20,086 bases of DNA from Peribolospora baueri (Eukaryota): the NCBI GenBank assembly GCA_029717555.1, contig JAMDHS010000090.1:62001-82086 (forward strand). Direction: 5' to 3'. A program made the position numbers and the translations under genes. Position 1 is the first letter of the stretch. Each line of letters begins with the position of its first letter. Shown here in pieces: positions 9,775 through 20,086 of this stretch. Under the pieces are notes generated by a model that did not search any database, was not told the DNA's origin, and saw only the letters and a list, made by a program, of their open reading frames with translations.

Positions 9775-10955
9775 TCACACTCTGACCCTCCCTCGCTTTG
9801 CATTAGCCCCCGCCGTCTTGCGCTTTTTAAACAAGCTGCCGCCCGTGGCTGGTGCAGTTGGCGACGCGGCTGCTGAGCCATCGAGTGGAGGCGTATCACT
9901 GCTCCTCTCGGCTTCCGTCGATCGCGGAGCATCTGCCTCTGCCTCTTCCTTTTTCACCTCTGCGCCAACGATGTCGTCCCCCTTCTCAACGTCTCCTTCA
10001 CCGCCTTCCATCTTCACCGCTCCAAGACCTGGTGACGGTGACGCGAAAGACGCTGTTCCGCCGCTCAAAGACGTTCCAGCTACATCTTTCACGTCATCTG
10101 TCCTCAACTTTCCATCCTTCACTGTCGCGGCGGGCGAATTCCGACTAAGAGAGAGTGGCGTCCAAGCGGTGGGCATCTGCCTCCGTCGCTCCTCTTCCAG
10201 CTCTTCCGGAGTCGGGCCTTGTCTCCTCGGCCGCTTCTTCACCTTGATCTCGCCGAGGTCGTACTCGTCGTCGTCGCCTAGAAGGCCGGCCGACTTACGC
10301 TCTCGTATCCGGAAACTGCGTGGATCGTCCTCCTCGCCCTGATCTTGCCCAACCGAAGAGACTGATGACCTCGGAAGGGGCGATGCTCCTTGTGGAAAAG
10401 TAGATGAAGGAGGCGGAGGAGGTGCCACCATCTCCCACTCCCCGGCCCTGCCCTCCGTCTTTCGCAGCTCTTGCTCAGCTTCTAATTGCTCGCTTTCGGG
10501 GTCGGCGATACCAAGTGATGCAGCCGTGGTGTAGTTTTTCCACACATCAGTGCTCTTGTCCTTGCCCTTACCGTCCGGAGTCGGTTGGGGAGCCGGAGGG
10601 GCAATGCCTGCCGCCGCTAGATCTTTTGCATGAGCGGCGAGGGCGGCCTGCGAAAGAAAGAGGGAGTAGGGACGGTCAGAAGGTGAAATGCGACGGCCAA
10701 AAGCACGCGCAACCCTTCCTGTAGATGAAGGGGAAACAAACGCACCTCTTCAATCTTCTTCATCTCCTTCGCTTCCTCCGCCTTCTCCCGCCTCTCCCGG
10801 TCGCCCTTCTTGTACTGTTCCCGAAGGAAGCGCTCGACGTTGCCCTTGTGGCGCAGTCCATTTTCGTGCTGCCTGCGAGATGGGACGTCGTCATTGATGG
10901 TGATATCGCAGTACTTGCACGTCCATTTTGGTCGGGAGACCCAGTAGTCCGACAT
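9775..10955 (-). CDS. U1-C/matrin-type zinc-finger protein, WBP4/FBP21-like spliceosome-associated factor, 360 aa, 2 exons
   Basis: Exons 10955-10746 and 10647-9775 (GTGCGT...TTCGCAG intron). The N-terminus MSDYWVSRPKWTCKYCDITINDDVPSRRQHENGLRHKGNVERFL followed by a charged coiled coil (EAKEMKKIEEAALAAH) matches the WBP4 family start. There is a basic C-terminal LFKKRK and no WW domain is visible. Confidence 0.85.
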
Positions 10956-11306
10956 GTTTAGTCGTGTCCTTACTTGGAGAACAGGAAGCGATGAACAAAG
11001 CGCGGAAAGATAGATCCTGGAACTAGATGACCGACGTTGGAAGGAGTATCCAACGTGATCGATGCCGCCGCAGTCGAGGGTAATCTCGCCCAGCAATACA
11101 AACACGCTCAAATGCCAATTACAAGCTGCTCAAGTTCCCACGCTTTGACGATTGGCAGTCTTCTCGCTCGCCGAAGCGCTCCGCTCCGGCTCTTTCTCGC
11201 CGTATCTAAACAACCCACCTCCGCCGCTCGCTACTCCTCCTCCTTTCCATTCCCTTCTTTCCTCTTCTCTTTCCACTCTTCCGCTAAGGCGCACGCCGAA
11301 CGTACC
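10956..11306. promoter_or_regulatory. Probable bidirectional promoter (WBP4-like / ATP20), 351 bp between start codons
   Basis: Head-to-head ATGs at 10955(-) and 11307(+), with a pyrimidine-rich tract at ~11234-11283 before ATP20. Confidence 0.6.
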
Positions 11307-11911
11307 ATGTTCCGCCCCGCCATCCGCTCTAGCGCGCCCGCCGCGCGCGCTGTCGCGCGTCGGTTCGCCTCCACTCAGTCCACCGGCCAGCAGGCCACGG
11401 ACGCGGCCAAGAAGGCATCGGATGCAGCTCAGAAGTACATCGGCTCGGCGGTGTCCAGCGCCAGGAACGCTGCGGGCCCGGTCGGCGAGAAGGTCAGCGG
11501 CTTGCTCGGCGGTGAGTAATGCATCCCCCGCTCTACTTTATCTTACCCCGAGCCGCTTGACCGTCCTCCGAGCATACCAGCTGATTTGGGTTTGTCCTAC
11601 TCACACGTCCTTCGTACGCTGGCACAATTGAAGCCTACCGCGAGCCCGTGATGTACAACCTTCGCGTGTTCGGCTCTTTGCTCAAGCAGGTTTACGTCGC
11701 CGAGAAGCTGGCGCCGCCGACGAACGCGCAGGTGTGGATGGACGCCTACCGGACGCTCTTTCAGCGCGCGCGGGACGTCAACTACTGGAGGCAACTGGTG
11801 CAGTCGGGAGAGTGGAAGCGTGTGGGTGTGTACGCGCTCGAGGCGTACGGCTTCTTTAAGATCGGCGAGATGGTCGGGCGCAGGCACATCGTCGGGTACA
11901 AGCTCGACTAA
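11307..11911 (+). CDS. ATP20: Mitochondrial F1Fo ATP synthase subunit g, 160 aa, 2 exons
   Basis: Exons 11307-11511 and 11634-11911 (GTGAGT...AAG). Arg/Ala/Ser-rich presequence-like N-terminus (ARRFAST), KQVYVAEKLAPP, and C-terminal EAYGFFKIGEMVGRRHIVGY containing the GxxxG motif typical of subunit g. Confidence 0.93.
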
Positions 11912-12381
11912 TCTTAGCGAGTCGGTCGAGCCGCAACGGATGATACATCCTCAGGTCATGTGGCAGACGCGGGCGGAGAGTCATGAACGGGCGCTAGGAC
12001 GATGTTCTTTGACGAGGCTGTGGACATTCCGGTGCAATACGGGGTTTCAAGCCATAGACGCTTTCCTTTATATGTTTCCAAGACGCCCTCCTTTTCGCAA
12101 TGTCGCCCAAAATCGACTTGTTTAGCCAGTGTAGACTTCTCTGATCGACAGGTCGCCCTTCAGAACATCACGCTCCCACAAATTGAGCGAGAATGTTTTC
12201 CATTCTGATGTTGCGATGTGGTTGTCCATGTTAAAAGCACGTGTGGAGAGCATCAATCAGTGCGAGGCAGCAGTCCCGCTTCGTAGTTCTGGCACCGGCC
12301 TGGGTAAACCGCAAGGCAGAGGATGCTCTACACAGTTATCAAGTACATAGCGAGCACACCCGCCCGACCGCAGCGAAGGAT

Positions 12382-14037
12382 TCACTCCTCATCGCTATCG
12401 CTTCCATACCCTCCCAACGCCGCCAAGCCAGTAGGCGCGGAAGACTTCTCTGCAGCGGCCTCCTTTGCCTGATGTTCCCTCAATTTCTGAAGGTATTGTA
12501 GACCCGCCATTGTGTCTTTGGACAGGATCCCCCCACCCTGTCCCTCATCTCGCTCTTCGCTCCCCTTCTCGGCCCCCTCCAGCCGCGTGTTGACGGCACC
12601 GTTTAGGTTGCGCTCCGCCTCCTCATGGTCCTGTTCAATCCTCTGCCTCTTAGATCCTCCACCCTCTTCATCTTCCAAGATGCCCCGCTCAAGCCGATCT
12701 ACGCTCTGCATAGCCTCCACGAAGTCCGGATCCAACTGTCGCGCGATCGCGTCCTCGCCTACCGCGGCCAGCTGACGCTTTTCTCTGCGTTGTGCGGCAG
12801 GATTCGGGTCGACCGTTGCCCAGCTGCAAGGAAAAAGAAGAGGAGAGCAGAGGTGGAGGCAGGTCGATAAGGATGGTCAGGAAGTTCAGCGATTGAACGA
12901 AGTCACAAGCTCATCAGATGGAAAACGGGAGGCTGAATAAACCTATCACTCACCGAACGTTCAACACCTCATCGTGATCCAAGCTCTGGTTGGCCATCGC
13001 TTCGCGTGCGAACTGGGCGTTGAGTTCAGACACGTACGTCACGAAGCCGCATCCACGATTGTGTAGGACACGGACTGCGCGCCGGAAAGAGAGAGTACAG
13101 AAGAAAGAATGGAGGGAACGGCAGTGAGCAAACAAGACGGGCACCCCATACGCTGAACAGGGGGAATCCTAAAAACGATGATAACGGCGCGCTCACTCCG
13201 CTCAATTTCGCCCCATTCCCCAAAGTGCTTCCTCAACACTTTTTCCGTTTCGCTCTCCCCACTCCTTCCAGTCGAGCCTTTTCCTCCTCTGCCCCTCCCT
13301 CTCGCGGCAGGTGCGCTGTTACCAAGCCTCATGTCCTGGTGCTCCTCGGTAATGCGACCCACGTAGAGCGTGCGGTTCTGTCGACTGAATGAGCCCACGC
13401 CACCCATGTCGTCGCGGTAGTCTGCGTGCTTCTCTCGAGCAAAGACATCTCGAGAAGCTTCTGGAAGAGCCATTGATGGTAAAGGGAGGGAGTGGAGGTA
13501 GTTGCAATTCGGACTGCGTGGGCATGGCGATAAATCAGAGACACGAAAGTCGTGAGAAGGATGGTGATGAATGCGACGAGACGAGAAGGCGAGCGCTCGG
13601 CGAACCAAAAGGAAATCGGACCACAACAAAAGTGTACGACGCCGTTCACTCACCCATAAGGACAGCATCCCCTGGCAAAAAACAGGCAGCAATACATCTG
13701 CCCGTTCGAGTCGCCCCTGGTGTAGCCGGCATCGCGCTCGATGGAGCACCTGGTCAACGACTTGGTCTTGGACAGCCGGGCGTCCTCTCTGTCTCCACCT
13801 GCCCATTTGTTATACCAGATGTTGTAACCTGCCAAGATACATCATAAGCATAACAGAAGAGATGAGGCGATAAGGAAATGAAGGGGCCCACTTACTCGTT
13901 CCCGTCTGCGGTTCGTTGTTACGTACGTCGCTCAGATCCGTCTCCTTGACCTGCCTTCGCGCAGGGCGCCGCTTGTGCTTCATCGTCAACACCATCTCTG
14001 GATCCATCTTGTCTTCCACTTTTGTCTTTTCTGCCAT
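12382..14037 (-). CDS. CWC2: Pre-mRNA splicing factor Cwc2 (Torus/CCCH zinc finger plus RRM), 398 aa, 5 exons
   Basis: Exons 14037-13896, 13828-13654, 13513-13197, 13074-12954, 12823-12382 (1197 nt). Motifs RPARRQV, YNIWYNKWAGGDRED, CLFFARGCCPYGPNCNYLH, DYRDDMGGVGSF, RTLYVGRI, GCGFVTY and LNVRWATVDPNP. Confidence 0.95.
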
Positions 14038-14492
14038 TGTGAGAGGCAGATGAATGGATGCCTTGCCCTCTACGTCTTGGTGAGGTGAGGACGGCGGAAG
14101 GGTATGCGCCTAGAAGCTTGATCGAAGGATATTGGTCGGCGTTAGTCGGCGATAACGCCACTCTCTTCCGCTCCGACGCTGGTGATCAGGATGACGCGGC
14201 GAGCGAAGACAAGCTCGGACGACGCTTCCACCACTACCATCTTCCCCCGTCCCCTTCTCCTCCCCTAATCGGCCTCTCTTTCTATACTACCCTAGTGTTC
14301 CAGTTCTGGGAGCAAGCTCACCTTCTACTTTTCTGCGGTGCCCTCTGCTTTTGCTCGCTCGACTCACGCCACCGTCAGACTAGACGGATTAGACGGGCAG
14401 AAAAGAGCTTCGGCAACGTCACAGGGTGGCAACCAGCTCTCGAAAGTCCACCACTTCCAAAGGAACGTTCTTTCTGAACCCTCATCACTTTG
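14038..14492. promoter_or_regulatory. Probable bidirectional promoter (CWC2 / PIM1), 455 bp between start codons
   Basis: Head-to-head ATGs at 14037(-) and 14493(+), with a CT-rich tract at ~14226-14293 and a small inverted repeat at 14138-14159. Confidence 0.6.
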
Positions 14493-17400
14493 ATGATGAC
14501 CGCCTTTACGGCATCTCGACTCGCATCCGCTTCGGCTTCGGCGTCCTCGCGGAGGCCCTTGGCTTCCACTTCTCGTCTGTTCTCGTCTCCTCCGCCCTCG
14601 GGTGCCACCCCGCCGCGGTATTTCTCCTCCTGGAGGCCTCGGCGTCCTAACCTCGTGTCTCATCATCTCGTCCACGAACCGTGCATCAAGCGCGGACCTG
14701 CCAGCTCCTCATCATTCTCCGTCCCCAGCACGCTCCTGCCACATGGGGAAGCTCGGCTGTTCTCCTCCTCCGCCTCGACCGCTCTTCTTCGCTCCGCGCT
14801 CTCGCCCACACTACCTCGTTTACAGCCCCGCTGGATCAACGGGCGAGGAGGCGGCTGGCGAGGTCAGGAGGGAAATGATGGAGAAGACGGCAAGCGTGGT
14901 GGAGATAAGGACAGCGAGGGGCGATCGCGAAAACATGGGGATGAGGGCGAGGAAGGCAAAACAGTCCGAGGGGCCGGAGAAGGGGGAGGAGTGGCTGGTT
15001 CTAGTGGGGGCGCTGGCTCCGGGTCTTCGGGATCCGGCAGTGGCGGCGGCGGCCAGACCTCGCTGCAGCGCAATATTGTTCCGCCAGTCTACCCTCAAGT
15101 CCTCGCTCTACCCATCACCCGCAGGCCTCTCTTTCCTGGCTTCTACAAGGCCGTCGTGATCAACGACCCGGCAGTGTGTGCAGCCATCACTGAGATGATG
15201 AAGCGCGGACAACCTTACTTGGGCGCTTTCCTCCTTAAGGACGCCGAGGGCGACGCGGACGTCATCACTAGCCTCGACGAGATCCATCGAGTGGGCGTCT
15301 TTGCTCAGATCACTAGCGTTTTCCCCGTCCAAGCAAGACAAGGCGAGCAATCCACCGGCGACAAGAAGTCCGAGGAGGGCAAGCCATCCGGCGGTCTTAC
15401 CGCGGTCCTCTACCCGCACCGCCGCATCCGTATCGACGACCTCCTGCCCCCCGTCGACGCCTCGGGCAAGCGGCCGAGTGCATTGCGCGTCCACGAGATC
15501 ACCCAGGCTGCACGGGACGAGGGTGTCATTGGTCCCTCGCCAGGCGAGCTAGATGTGCCCGATGCGGAGAAGGGGTACAAGACTGAGCAGGAGGCCATCG
15601 AGGCTGTTCAGCGCGGAGAGGCCGAAGAGCTGGGCGAGGTGGCCACTTGTGTCATGCAGCAAGAGGGCGAGCAGCTGAGCGAGAACGAGGGAGCAGACGC
15701 GAGAGAATTGGAGGAGTCTCAGGTGCAGCGGAGGGAGCCTCCGGGCCATCCAGGTGAGTTTCGATCGCGGTCAAGGTTTGACATCATAAGCACACGGCTG
15801 AAGATGCGTGACTCTCTTTCTGGTAGCTCCCTATCACACTTCCTTCCTTGAGGATTATCGTGTCTCCCTCGCCAATGTGACGAACCTCCAGACCGCGCCG
15901 TATGACAAGACGAACCAGATCGTCCGCGCGGTCATGGCGGAGATTATCAGCGTCTTCAAGGATATCGCTCAGCTTAACCCGCTCTTCCGGGACCAGATCG
16001 CCAACTTTTCGATCTCTCAAGGCGCCGGGAACGTGTTCGAGGAGCCCGACAAGCTCGCCGACTTTGCCGCTGCTGTGAGCGCGGGCGAGGTGGGCGAGCT
16101 ACAAGCGGTTCTTGAGAGTTTAGTGATCGAGGACCGGTTGCAAAAGGCGTTACTAGTGCTCAAGAAGGAGTTGATGAACGCACAACTGCAGAGCAAGATC
16201 TCGAGAGACGTGGAGAGCAAGATTCAGAAGAGGCAGCGGGAGTATTACCTCATGGAGCAGCTCAAGGGGATCAAGAAGGAGCTCGGCATAGAATCGGACG
16301 GCAAGGACAAGCTCGTAGAAAAGTTCAAGGAGAAGGCGGCCAAGTTGGCCATGCCCGAGGGCGTGAGGAAAGTCTTCGAAGAGGAGATCAGCAAACTGCA
16401 GCACCTCGAGCCCGCAGCGAGCGAGTTCAACGTCACGAGAAACTACCTCGATTGGCTCACGCAGATTCCCTGGTGCGTCATCTTTTCTTCTCTGCTGGCG
16501 GGCATTTGGCATCTGGCATCCGGAACCCTATCTTATATTTCTTTCGTATTATTGACGGAGCAGGGGCCAACATACCCCGGAGAACTTCGACATCAAGCAT
16601 GCCGTCAAGGTGCTCGATGAGGACCACTACGGACTCAAGGACGTCAAGGACCGTATCCTCGAGTTTCTTGGCGTCTCCAAGCTGCGAGGGAGCGTGGAAG
16701 GCAAGGTGAGCCGACTATGCCCCAAGCGCGCACATTGTTCAAACTGGTCCGATCTAGGGCTGACAATCATTTCACACGTATACGTTATCCCTTAGATCAT
16801 TTGTCTGCATGGGCCTCCGGGTGTGGGTAAGACCTCCATTGGCAAGTCCATCGCCCGTGCCCTAAATCGCGAGTTTTACCGCTTCTCTGTCGGCGGTCTT
16901 TCGGACGTTGCCGAGCTCAAAGGTGAGCTCTCGCAGCTCTTGAATAGATGTGATCGCTGTTTTGAGATTGAAGTCCTTGTATATTTCACTTTTCTCAGGC
17001 CATCGCCGAACCTACGTTGGAGCCATGCCGGGCAAGGTTATCCAAGCGTTGAAGAAGGTGCAGAGCGAGAATCCGCTCGTGCTCATTGACGAGGTGGACA
17101 AGATCGGTCGTGGTCATAACGGCGATCCTAGCTCCGCGCTGCTTGAGGTCCTTGACCCGGAGCAGAATACCAGCTTCTTGGACCATTACATGGACGTGCC
17201 GGTCGATCTGAGCAAGGTCTTGTTCGTTTGCACTGGTGAGTCCTACTCCATACCTCAAAACCAGGTTTTGCGACCGATGCCCTAACATATGCCTTTTTTC
17301 GTGTTTTGACAATGCCAGCCAACCTCCTTGACACGATCCCCGGCCCTTTGCTCGACCGTATGGAGCTCATCGAGGTCTCCTCCTACACGGCGGACGAGAA

Positions 17401-18991
17401 GGTAAACATTGCCCGGGGCTACCTCGCTCCGCAGGCCAAGGAGGCATCTGGTCTCAAGGATGCCAACGTCGTCTTGTCCGATGCAACGATCGAGTTCCTC
17501 ATTAAGCACCATTGCCGCGAGTCTGGCGTGCGAGGGTTGAGGAAGATCTTGGAGAAGGTGAGCAACTTTTCATCTTGGCCGGCATTGCTTGCCTTGAGAG
17601 CACCGGCCTAATTACTTATTAACCTTTCCCATTGATCCTTTCCAGATCTATCGGAAGGTGGCATTTAATATCGTTACGGAACACGCCGACGCCTTGGTAC
17701 CTATGCCAAGACCCGACGAGAATGCCACGCGTCAGGCGACTCCTGTACCTATTTCAACCATCACCGACTCGGCCTCTATCCCGACCACCGAAACACCTCC
17801 TTCTTCCCCTGCATCCGACTCCTCCGCTTCGCCTTCCTCCGGCATCGATTCTGCATCTGACAGCGCATCCGTCAAGTCAGGGTCGACAGACGCCACCTCC
17901 GCAGGCGAGTCGAACCCTCAGCCCGACTCCTCTGCTCATCAACCAGGCAACTCGTCTGAGGATGAGCTGGCCAAGACGACACAGTCCCCCCCACCCCTGC
18001 GCGTGCCAGAGCACATTCGCATCGAGATTACGCCGGACAACTTGAAGGATTACGTTGGCCCGCCGGTTTACCATAAGGACCGGCTATTCGTCAAGCAGGC
18101 TCCCGCTGGCATCAGTACGGGGTTGGGATATCTTGGCAACGGTTCAGGCAGCGTTATGGCCGTTGAGACGACTGTGAGTGATCATATTTGACGACTGGCC
18201 GGTGGTGGCGGGTATAAATTGCGAGCGTGCTCACCTGTTATCCTATTCGTCCTTCTTTATTGAACGTCACATAGATTATGCCGGGCAAAGGCCAGCTCCA
18301 ATTGACAGGCAAACTGGGTGACGTCATCCGCGAATCGGCGACGATCGCCCTCTCTTGGATGAAGAGCAATGCCTACGCGCTCGGTATCTCCAAAACCGAG
18401 GGCGAGAATTTGCTCGAGAACCGGGACGTGCACTTGCACATGCCCGAGGGTAGCGTCGGCAAGGAGGGTCCCTCGGCCGGCGTCGCTTTCGTGTGCAGCT
18501 TGACCAGCTTGTTGACCAACCGGAGCCTGCCAACTGACCTCGCCATGAGCGGCGAAATCTCGCTTAGGGGCATCGTCATGCCTGTCGGTGGCCTCAAGGA
18601 GAAGGTGAGCGTCAGCGACCACGTGGGTCGCGTCCTGTCCGATGCAGCCCTCGCGTCTGAGCCTGTTCTAACATCGTTCTGCTTCCCCTTCGTCCATCGC
18701 TCTCTGCAGCTCCTTGCAGCTCACCGTGCGGGTATTAAGCGAGTCATTCTCCCAGCCCAGAACCGACCAGACGTAGAAACGCACGTACCCAAGGTTGTGC
18801 TTGAGGCGCTAGAGGTGAACTACGTCTCGCACGTATGGTCGGCACTGGAGATTGCCTTCGGCAAGGATGGGCCGTGGGCGGAGAAGGCGAAGGCGATGAG
18901 GGAGCTGGAGAAGGAGGAAGCGGAGTTGACCGGTGATTACGGCAAGGGAGAGGACGCCCCCACGCAGGACGAGCCGGTGCGAGTGCGGTGA
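14493..18991 (+). CDS. PIM1: Mitochondrial Lon (Pim1) ATP-dependent serine protease, ~1263 aa, 9 exons
   Basis: Exons 14493-15753, 15827-16472, 16564-16705, 16796-16922, 16999-17235, 17319-17557, 17646-18173, 18275-18604, 18710-18991 (3792 nt, all GT-AG). Ser/Arg-rich presequence; N-domain [41 protein letters not shown]; Walker [10 protein letters not shown]; Walker B LIDEVDK; catalytic Ser in KEGPSAG and Lys in GGLKEK. No C-terminal PTS1, so not the peroxisomal Lon. Confidence 0.97.
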
Positions 18992-19344
18992 ATAAAGCGA
19001 GAAGCGTTCTCTTCCACGTTCTCTATACGGTACGGTCCTTGGGTCTTCCTTCCTTCCTCGCATCCATCCCACACCGTCCCTGTACAGGTAAACACAGTCT
19101 CGATTCGGGATGACTAGCACTATAGATTTCCGATCTTTCTCGAGATGAAAGTACGTCCCGTCCAGTGACACGAGCACTTCGAGCTCGGGGTCGTCTAAGA
19201 GGAGACATGGTACCACGGCTCAAGGAGGGTCTGAGAGCATGGCTACGACGTGCACGGCCCTATGCGAAATGCGAAGCGAGACTCAACCGCCGCCGGGATA
19301 CATTGGCGATGAAAGCGGACTTGTCCCTTGTCCTTCCTGCGCAC

Positions 19345-20086
19345 TCAGTTGGCCTTTGGCGGCGCAGTAAGCACTTCGCAGCCATCTTCGGTGATGAGGA
19401 TGGTCTCCTCGAACTGGGCGCTGCGCTTTCCGTCCAACGTCGCCACGGTCCAGTCGTCAGGCCACTTGGTGTCACCCGGGTCAGGGCCGAGGTTGATCAT
19501 TGGCTCGATGGTGAAGACGTGGCCCGGCTTCATGAAACCGACTGCTTTCTTGCTCTTGTAGTGGTAGATGTTGGGCGCGCGGGAATGGAAGAGCTAGCGT
19601 AGACGAGGAGATCGGCCGGAGAAGATGGTTCGAGTCGTATCGTTCAGCGACACGTTTGACGAGACAGTAAAAGGATTGTCCTCACCTTGTGAATGCCATG
19701 TCCGACAAACGTCCTCACAACGCTCATCCCATTCCTTTCCGCGATGGGCTGGATCGCTCTTCCAATCTCCTTGTACGCAGCACCGGCTTTGCAAAGGGCA
19801 ATGGCCGCATCGAGGCATTCGCGAGTTACCTTGATCAACTTGGCGGATTCTTCGTCCACCTTGCCGACCGGGTACGTCGCGTTGAGATCGCCGTGGTAAC
19901 CTAGCGAAGAGAGGAGGCAAAAGAGATGAGATCACACCATCACACACTTCAGCCACTGAGGCCAAGCGATATCGGTCTCTCGGCGCCTCACCCTTGTGGA
20001 ACAGCGTGACGTCCAGGTTGATGATGTCTCCCTCCTCCAACGGCCTCCTGTCCGGAATCCCGTGGCAGATGACTTCGTTGATGGAC
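19345..20086 (-). CDS. MAP1: Methionine aminopeptidase type 1 (peptidase M24A), 3' part only; 5' end lies beyond the window
   Basis: Exons >20086-19992, 19900-19686, 19593-19345. Motifs [47 protein letters not shown] and SAQFEET carry the D/D/H/E/E metal ligands. Confidence 0.92.

Noticed and set aside
10956..11306. In-frame N-terminal extensions of the WBP4-like and ATP20 ORFs in the ORF track
   Set aside because: They begin at TTG codons and overlap each other in the promoter. The family-typical starts are the ATGs at 10955 and 11307.
12860..12920. CTGATGA ... CTGA in CWC2 intron 4, considered as a box C/D snoRNA or hammerhead ribozyme
   Set aside because: The C-to-D spacing is only ~30-40 nt with no terminal stem, and the hammerhead GAAA after the putative stem II is missing (GTTC instead).
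16558..16563. GAGCAG tandem (NAGNAG) acceptor in Lon intron 2
   Set aside because: GAG is a poor acceptor too close to the TTGAC branch site, and only CAG preserves the conserved IPWG motif.
18458..18481. Lon catalytic motif GKEGPSAG instead of PKDGPSAG as a sign of inactivation
   Set aside because: The catalytic Ser and Lys are retained, and I recall this variant as common in basidiomycete Lon proteins.
19081..19090. TGTACAGGTA in the PIM1 3' region as a Puf3 element
   Set aside because: It does not match UGUAHAUA, and I saw no such element after ATP20 or MIM1.
541..19347. Cryptic peroxisomal isoforms by TGA-CTA stop readthrough, as known in smut fungi
   Set aside because: No stop codon here has the TGA CTA context, and the Lon and MetAP readthrough extensions that I translated do not end in an SKL-like tripeptide.

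Overview
This is intron-rich, GC-rich fungal nuclear DNA, most likely from a basidiomycete (inferred from protein signatures such as Lon GKEGPSAG and MetAP SAQFEET, and from short 67-140 nt introns). Eight protein-coding genes were assembled by hand from splice signals: (1) an intronless 899-aa ORF ending in a Mim1/TOM13 domain (-); (2) ARP2 (-, 8 exons); (3) a ~847-aa disordered protein with no recognised family (-, 5 exons, best joined by a GC-AG intron); (4) a U1-type zinc-finger WBP4/FBP21-like splicing protein (-); (5) ATP synthase subunit g, ATP20 (+); (6) splicing factor CWC2 (-); (7) mitochondrial Lon protease PIM1 (+, 9 exons); (8) the 3' part of a type-1 methionine aminopeptidase (-). 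I saw no tRNA, rRNA, transposon or CRISPR. The region is mostly housekeeping. The items most worth following up are the oversized Mim1 protein, a long self-complementary ARP2 intron that hides a cryptic acceptor, the GC-AG-dependent orphan gene, and several possible alternative splice sites. All exon models are manual predictions without transcript support.
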